Assembly (NCBI GenBank): GCA_964016885.1
Contig: OZ024743.1
Location: 377,766,001 to 377,830,000, forward strand
From: Eledone cirrhosa
Taxonomy: Eukaryota
DNA: 64,000 bases
Reading direction: 5' to 3'
The first letter of the stretch is position 1. Every line of letters starts with the position of its first letter. Under the pieces are notes generated by a model. That model saw only the letters and a list, made by a program, of their open reading frames with translations, was not told the DNA's origin and searched no databases. Below are positions 26,104 through 39,060 of the stretch, piece by piece. A program made the position numbers and the translations under genes.

Positions 26104-27015
26104 GGTGTTAGAAAGGGCATCCAGCCATAGAAACCAAGCCAAAATTAGTTCTGTATAAGCAACACATGGTCATGATAAACATTGATTGCCAAATAAATTA
26201 ACTATGGAGATATAAAAGATACAGAAGCGAAAACCAACCAAACAGTGAGTGTGTTCTGTTATTATTTCTGGCAATATTATTACATAATATGACCTTAGGA
26301 TTTGCATCTACAAAGTTCTCCTCTGAGGTACAAATCTGGGTACAAGGTTGTTTGTGGAAGACCAGCAGACGCCGGTGTATACCAGTCTCCCCTCTCCACA
26401 CCACCGATGTTGTCCAAGGGAAAGGCAATGGCCGATACAGCTTGGCTCCAGTGACATTGCAACTGATTTCTACAGCTGAGTGAACTGGCGCAATGTGAAA
26501 ATATTGTCTTGCTCAAGGACACAACGCATCACCCAGTCTGAGAATCAAACTCACAACCTCATGATTACAAGCCCAACGCTCTAACCACTCTCTCTAAAAT
26601 ATATGTGTATATATATAATTGTTCCTACTTTTGGCACAAGGCCAGCAATTATCTCAGTGCATTACTGGTGCTTTATTTTATCAACCCAGTAAGGATAAAA
26701 GGCAAAGTTAACCTCAACAGGATTTGAAATCAAACAGTAAAGGGCCGTAACTTTATGCTGCAAAGCATGGCGTTCAACCCTCTACCAATACTTCCAATCC
26801 ACTGCCCTTATATGTATATATATAAAGTTGTAGTTCCTGTCTATGGTTTTGGAGATTGACCCCCCATAACCATATATATTCTGAAACTACATTGCCCAGG
26901 GTACTTGGATAAGTATATTTCATTTTAATCAAAAGGTTCCCCGGGGGGCACAAACCCTGCTGAAAATGTTTTCCGTTCGATTTATATGAAATTTAAACCA
27001 TAGGTAAATGACAAG

Positions 27016-27060
<45 letters not shown>

Positions 27061-27539
27061 ATGGACGAATAGCCAAGATGAAAAGGTTGAGATCAATTTT
27101 ATTCTTATAACGTGTTTCTTCATGGATGAGTAGAAGAAAATAGTGAAAAACCTTGTTCAATCTCCATTGTTAATATATAAATGTGTCTATACATTATAAT
27201 CTGAACATTAACTCGAGGAATTTGGTATCAAATATTAATCCCACTCATTCAGAGAGTTCAGAAAATATACAAATATCTAGCCAGTGCTCTCCCTTATGAA
27301 AGAAACAAAAGCAACCAATGAAAAATAAGCTTGAAATGCTATGAAATAGTAACAGATATCCTGTGAATTCTTTCATTATTTCCATAGCAACAGCTATAAC
27401 TGGAAGCCTTTTATGATAGCTTGAAGTGACTTGAGAAGTCCATTAGAAGAAAATATAATTGGTGTAAAACCCACACACACACGGAAAAGATGGAATTTAA
27501 ATCTTCACCACATGTCTCAATTCAACTGAAGAAGGCCCT

Positions 27540-27910
27540 CTTCTTCACCCACATATTCCTGAGAGGGTCATGAGGTTAGAGTCCTCAAACACTCCTTCCA
27601 GCAGCTCCTGTCAGAAGCAACTGATCCGGCTGGATCTCCAAGTGTGACCTGCCAAGCTCATGGATGTTATCCAACCATGTTGCTCGAGGTGTCCTGCTGG
27701 TTGGTTTTGCCCGTAAAATTTGTCCAGTGATTCTTTCCTGAGACATTCTAACCACATGCCCATAGTATCGAAGCTGTGATCTCTCAATTAGGAGAAGTAG
27801 TGGCTCTAGCTGGAGTGACTCTCTGATCTCCGAGCTATGTATTTTATCAAGTAACATTACTCTTCAGAGTAACTCCATTTCAGCTGCTTGTATTCGCAAT
27901 CGTATTCTTT
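27540..27910 (-). mobile_element. RTE-like LINE 3' fragment; related piece at about 3810-4020
   Basis: ORF 27585-27857 IERSQLRYYGHVVRMSQERIT...PRATWLD. Confidence 0.7.
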
Positions 27911-28297
27911 TGGTCTTTACCCAATATTCATAGAGACATGAGGAAGGATTCTAAAATATATTCAACAGGTGGTGATACTGAAAAATATATATCTAAAAAC
28001 TTTGTTAGATTAAATTTACTGAAATTTACTGTCTTTTTTATCTGTCTTCCTAATAGGAAACAAACAACAGAATTAACTTATCAAATACAATTTTAGTATT
28101 CACAGTTGTATAAATAACATTACATATTGTTTATAATTCTTAAAGAATGAAAATATAAACAGATATAATTCATACAATTAATTATTGCTAGGAACCTTAT
28201 AAGTGTAATGCACAAAAATAGATGATCAATATGTGTGTATGTAATTATATATATATATATATGTATGTTTGTGTGTGTGTATGTAGTTATATATATA

Positions 28298-28328
<31 letters not shown>

Positions 28329-28391
28329 GTGTGTATATGTAGTTATATATATATAATATATATGATGATGGGGATATTATTTTCTTTTCAG

Positions 28392-28576
28392 TGGTAATTC
28401 ATATAGTTTTTATCAGAGAGCATTGCTGAGTAATGCTGCTACAAGTGCATTACGACTTTATCAGCGGTTGCCCAACTTTCAGTTGAACAGACAATATTTT
28501 GGTCAACTTATCATGGAAGATAGCTGTCATTATCTGCTGTATTCATTGATTTTCATCAATTCTTATCCAATCACAA
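28392..28576 (+). CDS. TMEM33: TMEM33 coding exon 3 (GNSYSFYQRALLSNAATSALRLYQRLP...EDSCHYLLYSLIFINSYPIT)
   Basis: Diagnostic TMEM33 motifs FYQRALL.NA.TSALRL.QRLP and EDSCHYLLYSLIF; AG acceptor at 28390-28391, GTAAGT donor at 28577. Confidence 0.96.
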
Positions 28577-30368
28577 GTAAGTCTTATTTTCTCTGTCAGA
28601 TATTTCTTAGCGCACTGTAAAGTGATCATGATGGCGACATGACAAAAAGCATGCAGGCCACATTGTAAAGTAGTTGTGTAGGTGTCACAACAGAAAGCAC
28701 CCAGTAGTCTCTGTAAATGTGGTTGGTGTTAGGAAGGGCATCCAGCCATAGAAACCAAGTCAAAATAGTTCTGTATGAGCAAGACATGGTCATTTGATCT
28801 TGACTTGCCTCAAATAAGACAACCCATCTAACCTATTCTTACATGGAAAATGGACATTAAATGGTGATGATGATGATGATTGAACAAAATATCTTGCAGT
28901 ATTTGTTTTGACTCTTTACATTCTGAGTTCAAATCTCACCAAGATCAACTCTGCTTACAGTGGAGCTGATAAAATACAGTAACAGTTCAAGGTTGTGATT
29001 TGACAGAATCATTAGAGCTTTGGACAAAATGCCATTACACTATTTGTTCTGATTCTTTACAGTCTAAGTTCAATTCTTGCCAAGGTCAATACATCATCAT
29101 CATCATTCTTTGTGGTGTTTGTTCTGGCTCTGTTTATATTATGAGTTCAAATTTTGTCATGGTCAATAATGGGGGTAGATAAAATAAAGTTCCTATTTAA
29201 ACCAGTAAATTAATGAAATTGATAGGGCATTGGTCAAAATGCCTTGCATAATTTGTTCTGGCTTTTTACATTCTAAATTCAAATCTCGCCCAGGTCCACT
29301 TTGTTTTACATACTTATGGGATGGTGGGAGGGGTCTAAAATACAGTGACAGTTCAAGGGATTGAATTTACAGAATTGATAGAACATTGGATGAAATGCCT
29401 TGCAGAATTTGTTCTAGTTCTTTACATTCTGAATTCAAATCTCACCGAGGTCAACTTGTGGGGTGGAGGGTGATAAAATAAAGTAACAATATAAAGTGTT
29501 GAATTGACAGAGTTGTTAGAGCTTTGGACAAAATACTTTGTGATATTTGTTCCTACTCTTTAGATTCTGAGTCCAGATTATGCCACGATCTTCTTACAAG
29601 TTGTGGAGTGTCAGAATAAAGTGAGAGTTCCAGATGGTGAATTGGCAGACGTGTTAGAGTGTTGGACAGAATGCTATACAGTATTTCTTCCTATCCTTTA
29701 CATTTTGAGTGCCCAGGCAGGTGTGGCAAACTTGTTTATAACTAGCTGACAACATGGTGTCTTGTATAATAATATACTTAACTCTTTAGCATTTAAACCA
29801 GTTGTATCCAGCCAGAATTCTCTCACCTCTTTTTGTTCAAACTAGCCATAGCTGGCCATTCATACTGATGTTAAGGTATTGTTCTCAAAATAAGTAACAT
29901 CAAAATCTCATAGATTCAATATTACATGAGGTAAAGCCTTTACTGTGAAAATATAATAGTATATATAGAGTAATGTAAATGCTAAAGGAAAATTCCATGA
30001 CATTCACACATAGTACTTGTTAGGGGTCATTTGTTGACCTGATGGCATAAACAAGGAAGAATTCTTTATTAAATTTCACATTATAGCTATTTTCATATTT
30101 TGGTAGAGGGGTTGGCATTTGAACAGAGACACTGTAAGGTTAAGAAGATGACCCTCCCCAAATATAACAATATCTGTTTCAACACATGATTTCATATCAA
30201 AAACCTTGCAAAACAAATACATCGACAATAAAATATTATTTTGATGAAAATGTGTTCAATAGAAAGTCTTTCAATATATCTTAATTTAACATAATTCTTA
30301 TTAATTTGTATATTTTCAATATTGTGATATGTTTACCAATAATGTTTTCTGTTATTCTTACTTTCCAG

Positions 30369-30436
30369 TGGTACTAGCACCATTATTTCTGTTTGCACTG
30401 CTTCATGCCTGTGAATATACCAAAACCGTACTTGGT
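30369..30436 (+). CDS. TMEM33: TMEM33 coding exon 4 (MVLAPLFLFALLHACEYTKTVLG)
   Basis: CTTTCCAG acceptor, GTAAGT donor, phases 1/0 fit; LF.LLHA..YTK.VL motif. Confidence 0.93.
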
Positions 30437-30492
30437 GTAAGTTGATTCTTTGATTAAATAATTCTTACTTTTTTTCTCTCTTTATTTTATTG

Positions 30493-30542
<50 letters not shown>

Positions 30543-30544
<2 letters not shown>

Positions 30545-30886
30545 AGGCACATGGCTTAGTGGTTAGAGCATTGGCCTTGCAATCGAAAGGTTGTGAGTTC
30601 AATTCTCAGACCGGATGATGTGTTGTTTCCTTGAGCAAGACACTTTATTTCACATTGCTCCAGTTTACTCAGCTGTAGAAATGAGATGATAGGGACTGGG
30701 GTCCCTATCATTCCACTGCAAAGTGGTCGTGGAGGTGCCATGGCAAAAAAGCACCCAGCACTCACTGTAAATGAGGTTGGTGTTAGGAAGGGCATCCAGC
30801 TGTAGAAATCAAGCCAGAATCAATTCCCGTCCCACCCTTGCAAGCAGGGAAAAAGCGGACGTAAAATGAAATGATGATGATGATGA
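30543..30886 (+). mobile_element. Full-length CORE-type tRNA-derived SINE with RTE-shared 3' end
   Basis: GGAGGCACATGGCTTAGTGGTTAGAGC head, GAGTTCAATTC B box, core, GTTGGTGTTAGGAAGGGCATCCAGC segment also present in the RTE 3' UTR, (ATG)n tail. Confidence 0.85.
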
Positions 30887-30949
30887 TATATATATATATA
30901 TATATAATCATTTAACATCCATTTTCCACGCTAGCATGGGTAAGACGTA

Positions 30950-31960
30950 GTCCTGTCCTGTTGTGAGACAAGTTAACTTTAAGACCTTTTGATTCCAGGT
31001 TGTACTTCTGGGTCAGGAATTTTTTCTCTAGTTCTATCAAAGATTCAGCTATAAGAGTTAGATCATCAGCATACAGGAGTTCCCAAGAGCATCCTGTTTT
31101 AAACTCTTCTGTTATAGCCTGGAGGACAATAATAAACAGCTAAAATCCTCACTATAGTCATTATTAATTTTAACTTTGCTGACAGTATCTTTGTACATGT
31201 CTCGTACCACCCTCACAAGCCACTCTTCTACGCCTAGTTTCCTAAGTGCTTACCAGATTACAGAACCGAGGACCTTGTCAAAAGCTTTCTCTAGGTCAAC
31301 GAATGCCAAGTAGAGGGTTTTGCTAGGCACTTCTCCTGCAGTTGCCTCACAAATACAAACAGTATCTCATCTAGGTTAATTCAATCTCTTATCAGTTGTA
31401 CAATGACTTTCTGTAACTTTTATGACCTGGTTCATCAGTTTGTCTAGACTCTAGGGCAACATGTTTACCATTGTAGCAATTGACGATGCTGATATGCCAG
31501 TCATTTGGCATGGCGCCATTTTGTATTACTTAGTTTACTATGTGGGTGGTTATGGTGTTTCGTACCATCGCAGATGCTTTCAGCATCTCGGCGATTATTC
31601 CTATTCCCGATAGCCCTGCTGCATTGCCTGTCTTCATGTCCTTAATTGCCTTAGTTACTAAACTGCTGCTAACTTGCATTGCTGGTCTCTCTGTTGGGTC
31701 TACTTGGGGCAGGCTATCTTCCTCCCATGCATTCTCCTCATTCATCATTCTCTCATAATGACACTTGCATGCTGCCTTCTTTTCAGTTTCAGTGAGGACA
31801 AATGCACCATTGTCATCACAGACACACTTCTTCCCCTACAACATCACTATTTTACCTGACACACTGCCTCGCGATCTTGAATACCTTATGTCTTTGGTCC
31901 TCATGTCACATCACATGCATAAACCTTTTACTTTCTGCTTCCCTCCTTGCAAAGTGTGTG
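30950..31960 (-). mobile_element. RTE LINE fragment (RT region), older copy
   Basis: NEENAWEEDSLPQVDPTE...KAIKDMKTG homologous to 53575-54066; downstream AFVDLEKAFD and LLYADD remnants. Confidence 0.85.
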
Positions 31961-32420
31961 TTTGTTGGTGATCCACATGATCTAAATACACCCAGTACAC
32001 TCTGTAAAGGAGTTTGTGACAGAAAGCATTCTGCGATAGAAAGCTTACCAAAGGGTCTGAAGGACTCTTCAGCTGTGTCAAAGAGATGACAACCTCCATA
32101 ATACTGGTGCCACAATAAAATGTAAAATTTACTCAGTAGAACATGGGATTTAAGCCCTTGGCCCCTCTTAGAGTTCTGTAGCACCACTTGATTACTGACT
32201 TGGTCTGTGAAGACCTCTCCAACTCTTACTTGCAAGGAAGATAGACATTAAATGATGATGATATCAGGAATAAGATGAGGGGTAGTAATGGAAAATGTGA
32301 TTCTTGTACTTGCCTTATATCACAATGGAACTTATTAAATCTCTCTAAATCTAACAGATGTAATAAACTAAGATCTTTTAAACCTTTCGTATCTGCATTT
32401 CTTATGAAATGCAGTTTATT

Positions 32421-32656
32421 TTAACCCTTTCATGACTGCATTTTTAAAGAAATACTCTCTATTTTAATTAATTAATGAAGAATTTTGAGGGATTTACTAA
32501 AATTATTACTTCATTACTAAGATAGTATCTTAAAGTAAGGTTCTTATATAAAATTATGTTGGAAGATTTTAATTTAAATTGGAAACCTTTAAAATGGGTG
32601 ATTTTATTTCATAGAACCAGAGCCGGTTTTGGTCAAGTTGGTAACTAAAGGGTTAA
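32421..32656. mobile_element. TTAA-flanked MITE family 2; inverted copy 41865-42103, others near 43151-43360 and 58130-58352
   Basis: TTAA|CCCTTTCATGAC ... GTAACTAAAGGG|TTAA termini and repeated internal sequence. Confidence 0.7.
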
Positions 32657-33956
32657 AGTTACATAGATATTAGACCCTAATTATAATTTAGCCTTTCATT
32701 ACCATATTTCTACATATCAAATTATTCCGTTTTCTAAATATTTATACTCATGTACTCAGAGTAGATAATATTCACAGATGGGTTCATTTCATTTGCATGA
32801 CATTAACTTCAATTCTCTTCCTCTTTAATATTTATTTACCTGTCTTACTATTATCTATCCTTATCTGTCTGGGCAATTGACTGAATTATTGGGGTGTCCC
32901 ACAAAGTGCCTTTTGGAGAAGTGGAAGGAGAAAGAGACAATGAAACCAAAAGAAGAATAAGACTGAAATAAAATTAGAACAATGAAGGGGGTCGATAAAT
33001 GCTATGATAAGGCAGTTATATATCTTGTGAAGTTAAAAGTTATCTTTATGAAAGGAAGGTGGGGGGGTGGTTCTGGCTGGTCACTCATAAAGTTATAAAG
33101 TAAGTCCCAACCTTATGAACAACCTACTTACAAACTTCCACAGATACAAACAGTCTCATGAAGAAAAAAAAAATTTGTTTGAGTTTGAAATTTGATTCTT
33201 TCCGTCCCTGGGTTCCTTTTTTTGCAGCATAAAAACAAACCAAAATCTTACCTACAGTATGGGATATTCTGTTTTCACAGAATTGAAAAAATACTTTATT
33301 TCTTTAACAATGTATTGTCGTTAGCTTTACAGTATTTAAATTCATTATTACATGTTATATATTCCTGTATATACTGTGTATATATCACTCATAGGGAAAC
33401 CTGCTGTATCGATGTAACATATATATGGGTTTACTGATGGGTACTGTGTTAGACGTATTTTTTAAATATGCTGGAATTTAGGGGGAGGGGGAATCTAAGT
33501 AGATATAAACCCATTAAAATGGATGGTATTGTTTCATAAAATCAGAGAGGATTTGGAGCAGATTGGTATTAAAAAGGTTGTATGTATGGACCCTTAACTT
33601 GATACATTTTTTTATCCACCTCAAAAAGATGAAATGTAAAAAGTTAACATTAGCAGGATTTAAACTCAGGATGCAGAGAGCTGGAACAAATACCACAAAG
33701 TATTCTATTTGCCTAACTACTCTGCCAATTTGATCAAAGAGTAAAGTCAATTAAAAAACAAGCTGCTTCCATAACTCTGTATAATCGTGGTTTCAGTTTT
33801 TTATTTGCCTTGATTCACCAGATATAAAAGCATTTCCAATTGCCTGACCCCTGAAATAGACTACACACTCTCCCCTCAACTTTCTGACCTTGTACCATTT
33901 AGTGTTGGCAGCCCTTATTGTCATTACTATATTACCTTTACCAATTCTTATTCCAG

Positions 33957-34090
33957 ATTTTAAGGAGCGCCTCTTTGCAGTTTATACTGAATCTAATTAC
34001 AAAACTAGAAGTTCAACAAGCAAATATTCTCAGATTTATTGCTTGTAATGAAATATTTCTCATGCCTGGCATTGTACTGATGATCTTTTC
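33957..34090 (+). CDS. TMEM33: TMEM33 coding exon 5 (ILRSASLQFILNLITKLEVQQANILRFIACNEIFLMPGIVLMIFS)
   Basis: NIL.FIACNEIFLMP motif; TTCCAG acceptor and GTAAGT donor; phases fit. Confidence 0.95.
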
Positions 34091-34124
34091 GTAAGTATTT
34101 ACTCTTGATTTATATTTAACTCTA

Positions 34125-35780
34125 AGATATTTAACTATATTACATACGAGGTACTTAAATATATTACATACAAGGTATTTAACTATATTATATACAAGGT
34201 ATTTAACTATATTACATACAAGGTACTTAACTATATTACATACAGGGTACTTAACTATATTACATACGAGGTACTTAAATATATTACATACAAGGTATTT
34301 AACTATATTACATACAAGGTACTTAACTATATTACATACAAGGTACTTAACTATATTACATACAAGGTACTTAACAATATTACATACAGGGTACTTAACT
34401 ATATTACATACAAGGTACTTAACTATATTACATACAGGGTACTTAACTATATTACATACAAGGTACTTAACTATATTACATACAGGGTACTTAACTATAT
34501 TACATACAAGGTATTTAACTATATTACATACAGGGTACTTAACTATATTACATACAAGGTACTTAACTATATTACATACAGGGTACTTAACTATATTACA
34601 TACAAGGTATTTAACTATATTACATACAGGGTACTTAACTATATTACATACAAGGTACTTAACTATATTACATACAGGGTACTTAACTATATTACATACA
34701 AGGTACTTAACTATATTACATACAGGGTACTTAACTATATTACATACAAGGTATTTAACTATATTATATACAAGGTACTTAACTATATTACATACAGGGT
34801 ACTTAACTATATTACATACAGGGTACTTAACTATATTACATACAGGGTACTTAACTATATTACATACAAGGTACTTAACTATATTACATACAGGGTACTT
34901 AACTATATTACATACAGGGTACTTAACTATATTACATACAAGGTACTTAACTATATTACATACAAGGTACTTAACTATATTACATACAAGGTACTTAACT
35001 ATATTGCATACAAGGTACTTAACTATATTACATACAAGGTACTTAACTATATTACATACAGGGTACTTAACTATATTTCATACAAGGTACTTAACTATAT
35101 TACATACAGGGTACTTAACTATATTACATACAGGGTACTTAACTATATTACATACAAGGTACTTAACTATATTACATACAGGGTACTTAACTATATTACA
35201 TACAAGGTATTTAACTATATTTCATACAGGGTACTTAACTATATTACATACAGGGTACTTAACTATATTACATACAGGGTACTTAACTATATTACATACA
35301 AGGTACTTAACTATATTACATACAAGGTACTTAACTATATTACATACAGGGTACTTAACTATATTACATACAAGGTATTTAACTATATTTCATACAGGGT
35401 ACTTAACTATATTACATACAGGGTACTTAACTATATTACATACAGGGTACTTAACTATATTACATACAAGGTACTTAACTATATTACATTTAAGGTACTT
35501 AACTATATTACATACAAGGTACTTAACTATATTACATACAAGGTACTTAACTATATTACATACAAGGTACTTAACTATATTACATACAAGGTACTTAACT
35601 ATATTACATACAAGGTATTTAACTATATTTCATACAGGGTACTTAACTATATTACATACAGGGTACTTAACTATATTACATACAGGGTACTTAACTATAT
35701 TACATACAGGGTACTTAACTATATTACATACAAGGTACTTAACTATATTACATACAGGGTACTTAACTATATTTCATAGG
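34125..35780. repeat. 24-bp minisatellite (GGTACTTAACTATATTACATACAR), about 69 copies, filling TMEM33 intron 5
   Basis: Direct inspection; highly homogeneous tandem units. Confidence 0.97.
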
Positions 35781-35894
35781 GAAACGTGTATAAATCATTT
35801 AAAATAAATCTGACACCATTTTACCCAAATATTACCTTTTAATTTCTTATATTTCCAAAATGTTGCAGCTAATTCTTCCTATTTGTTATTTCAG

Positions 35895-35978
35895 AGGAAA
35901 AACATCTTTGCTTTTACCATTTATTTACTACCGTTTCATTACCATGAGGTATTCTTCCAGAAGAAACCCATACTGCAG
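35895..35978 (+). CDS. TMEM33: TMEM33 coding exon 6 (GKTSLLLPFIYYRFITMRYSSRRNPYCR)
   Basis: PFIYYRF...RYSSRRNPYCR signature; TTTCAG acceptor, GTGAGT donor. Confidence 0.96.
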
Positions 35979-36959
35979 GTGAGTTAGAGAATTTTGAGTT
36001 TCAGATTTGATATTTGAGAGTTTTTGTTTAAAGTGGGAAGAAACTGAGGAGAGTTGACAGCCATCTGATACTGTGTAAAAAAAAAAAATGGGTAAACAAA
36101 GCTCTTTAGCCTTGGTTGTCAGTCATTCTGTTTTCAAACGTAGGGTAAATGGGACTCCTTCGTCACCTTGGTGACAGCAGGTTTCATCCTTGTGATGAAA
36201 GCAGATGAGCTGTGGCTCAGTAGCCAGCTTCAGAGTAATGGTCAAAAAAGGATTCGGGGCCCACTGACGTCTCTTTTTTCCCCCCCAATGTAAATCATGG
36301 ACACAGCATTATATAGTGTTGAAGCAAATATTGATGGTTCTCAAATCCTCAGTAATGAGGATGGGAAGAGACCTGATCATTGTTCAACTGCAGTCAGCCA
36401 CAATCTTCATCCTCCACCTATTGCAGCTTTCATATTCAGATGATTTGCTTTGTATCAGTGGCGTTGTTGCCATGGGATGTTTTTTTATATATATATATTT
36501 GACTTCCAGAAAGGTGAAAGTCAAACTTGGCCTTGGTAAGATTTGAACTCAAAGCACAGAAAGCCAGAAGTAATATTCCAAATAATGCCAATTACTGCAC
36601 AGTGTACTATGTCCATTTTATCGTGTCACGAGATCTTAGAGAAATCGTCATGTCCTCAGCAGGACTAAGGTGTCCTCAGCTTTTCCTTGTTTCTATTCGA
36701 TTACTGCAATTTTACAATGTGTACTAGGTGCAAGTTATTGTGGCAGAGATCATTTTGTCTTCACTGGGTGCATTTTATTGTGGCACCAGCACTACCAGTT
36801 TATAGAGTGTACTAGGTGCATTTTATTGTGGCACCAGCACTACCACTTTACAGAGTGTACTGGGTGTAAGTTATTGTGACTCAAACACTAGAGAGTTTGC
36901 TTAATATAACCTAACGCAGTTTATATACACAACTATACCAATTCTTCTTCTATTTACAG

Positions 36960-37092
36960 GACTTTGTTTCATGAGATGCGTGTCACCGTGGAAACATTGT
37001 GTTCAAAGCCTCAGTGTCCTGTGTTCCTGAGGAATTTCTGCAATAAAGGAATTGTTATCATCTCCCGACTTGCTCCACAGACTAATTCTTAG
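36960..37092 (+). CDS. TMEM33: TMEM33 last coding exon (TLFHEMRVTVETLCSKPQCPVFLRNFCNKGIVIISRLAPQTNS*)
   Basis: TLF.E.R...KP.CP.F.R..C.....ISRLAP; TAG at 37090-37092; spliced CDS totals 774 nt = 257 aa plus stop. Confidence 0.95.
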
Positions 37093-37621
37093 CTCTGTCT
37101 CTCCAAAAAATAAAAAATATATATATATAGACTATTGCTACCCCCCAAACAACTTAACTAATAATACATTGAACAATACTACTACCGCCAGTTAATTACT
37201 GTGTTTAACAAAGGGAGAGCTGATAATGATGATAAAGTTGAACTTTGTCGTCTATAAATCTACATCTAGGTATTTATTTTAGCCATCATTGATAAGAACA
37301 TTTCTTCGATGTTTTTGTGTTTAACTAACAGCTGGATTTTTTAAGGAGAAAACAAAAAACAAAAAAAAATTTCTCCTAAATGGATCAATAACAATAAACT
37401 ATTGATTGTTTACCCCCCTCTTTTTTTTTTTTGCTTTATATATTTATTTAATTATTTTTCCCATGATTTCCATTGCTGTCATTTTTTACTCAAAATAAGA
37501 CATTAATATTAATGAAAATAATATCATGTTGAGAAACTTTTTCATTTTGTTTTTTGTTTTGTTTTTTATATTTATTTTTATTGAAATGAAGAACCTACCT
37601 ATCATGTTTTATATATGTCTG

Positions 37622-37657
<36 letters not shown>

Positions 37658-37660
<3 letters not shown>

Positions 37661-38100
37661 AAACATGTCTATAGAATCACAAGACAAAATATAGACTATT
37701 TCCTCTCCCAACCAGCACAATCAACCATACAAAAAATCGAACAGACCAGGCTATAAGAACGAGGCATCTATGAAGAAATCTCCGACAAACAACCGAAACC
37801 AGCGGTTCGCGTCGGCCGTAGCGGAACATTTATCGAACACCTCGACATTTATCGACACCTGTTCCGCTACGGGCGACGCGAACCGCTGGTTTCGGTTGTT
37901 TGTTGGAGATTTCTTCATAGATGCCTCGTTCTTATAGCCTGGTCTGTTCGATTTTTTTGTATGGTTGATTGTGCTGGTTGGGAGAGGAAATAGTCTATAT
38001 TTTGTCTTGTGATTCTATAGACATGTTTTATGATATATAGCTCTGATTGTTTAATTTATTAACTTTTCATTGAGCCACAAAGTGACCAGTTGCAAAACAC
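37658..38100 (+). mobile_element. Fold-back element B in (TA)n: about 170-bp inverted arms plus one-sided tail
   Basis: 37658-37828 is the reverse complement of 37861-38031 with very few differences; 32-bp spacer. Confidence 0.8.
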
Positions 38101-38133
38101 GTATATGTATATGTATGTATATATATATGTAAA

Positions 38134-38194
<61 letters not shown>

Positions 38195-38419
38195 TTGACA
38201 ATTTATATCATCAATTCTAAATTTTGGAGACTTAACATTTTTGACAAAACTATTTATGATATTTTTCTGCTTTTCAATGAATACCATCACAATTATACTA
38301 AGTATTCTGTTTTCAATATCATTGATTATATTTAAGAAATAAAGAATAACGTTCCTCTGACATGGAAATAACATCTAGTTACGTTGATTCCGGTTAAAGC
38401 TTCATCTCTGCAACAGATG

Positions 38420-39060
38420 AAATTTGTTTTTCATACACCCAGTACACTCTGTAAAGTGATAGTGCTGGTTCCACGATGAAATGCACCCAGTACACTCTGT
38501 AAAGTACTGGTGCCATGATAAAATACACCCAGTACACTCTAGTACTGGTTCCATGATGAAATGCACCCAGTACACTCTGAAAAGTGTTAGTGTTGGTGCC
38601 ATGATAAAATGCACCCAATATACTATGACAAATAAAATTTGTTTTTCATACACCAATTACACTCTCTAAAATGGTAGTGCTGGTTCTATTATGAAATGAA
38701 CCGAGTACACTCTGTAAAGTGATAGTGCTGGTGTCATGACAAAAAGCACTCTGTACTCTCTGTAAATAGTATTGCTGTTCCTACAATAAAATATACTATA
38801 CACTCTGTATGTGGTAGTGCTGATGTCATGATAAAAAGTACCCAGTACATATGTATTGCTAGTTCCACATTAAAATGCACCCATTACACTCTTTAAGTGG
38901 TAGTGCTAGTGTTACAATAAAATACACTAGCTATACTCTGTGAATGGTAGTGTTGATATCATAATAAAATGCACCCAGTGCACTCTGTAAGGTTGCATTG
39001 CTACTATCACAATAAAATACACACTGTAATCTGCAAAAGAGTTGGCATTAGGAAGAGCAT
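38420..39060 (+). repeat. Degenerate tandem array of an about 40-47-bp SINE-internal unit; inverted short array at 36715-36885
   Basis: Repeating AAATGCACCCAGTACACTCTGTAAAGTGRTAGTGCTGGT units ending in the SINE segment GTTGGCATTAGGAAGAGCATCCAGCC. Confidence 0.8.

Noticed and set aside
35004-35807. 267-aa ORF of (HTRYLTIL)n
   Set aside because: Translation of a 24-bp stop-free minisatellite inside a TMEM33 intron; non-ATG start and no coding evidence
37763-37815. Possible hammerhead in fold-back B (CTATGAAGA ... CGAAACCAGCGGTT)
   Set aside because: No CUGANGA core, and no stem I or II could be paired
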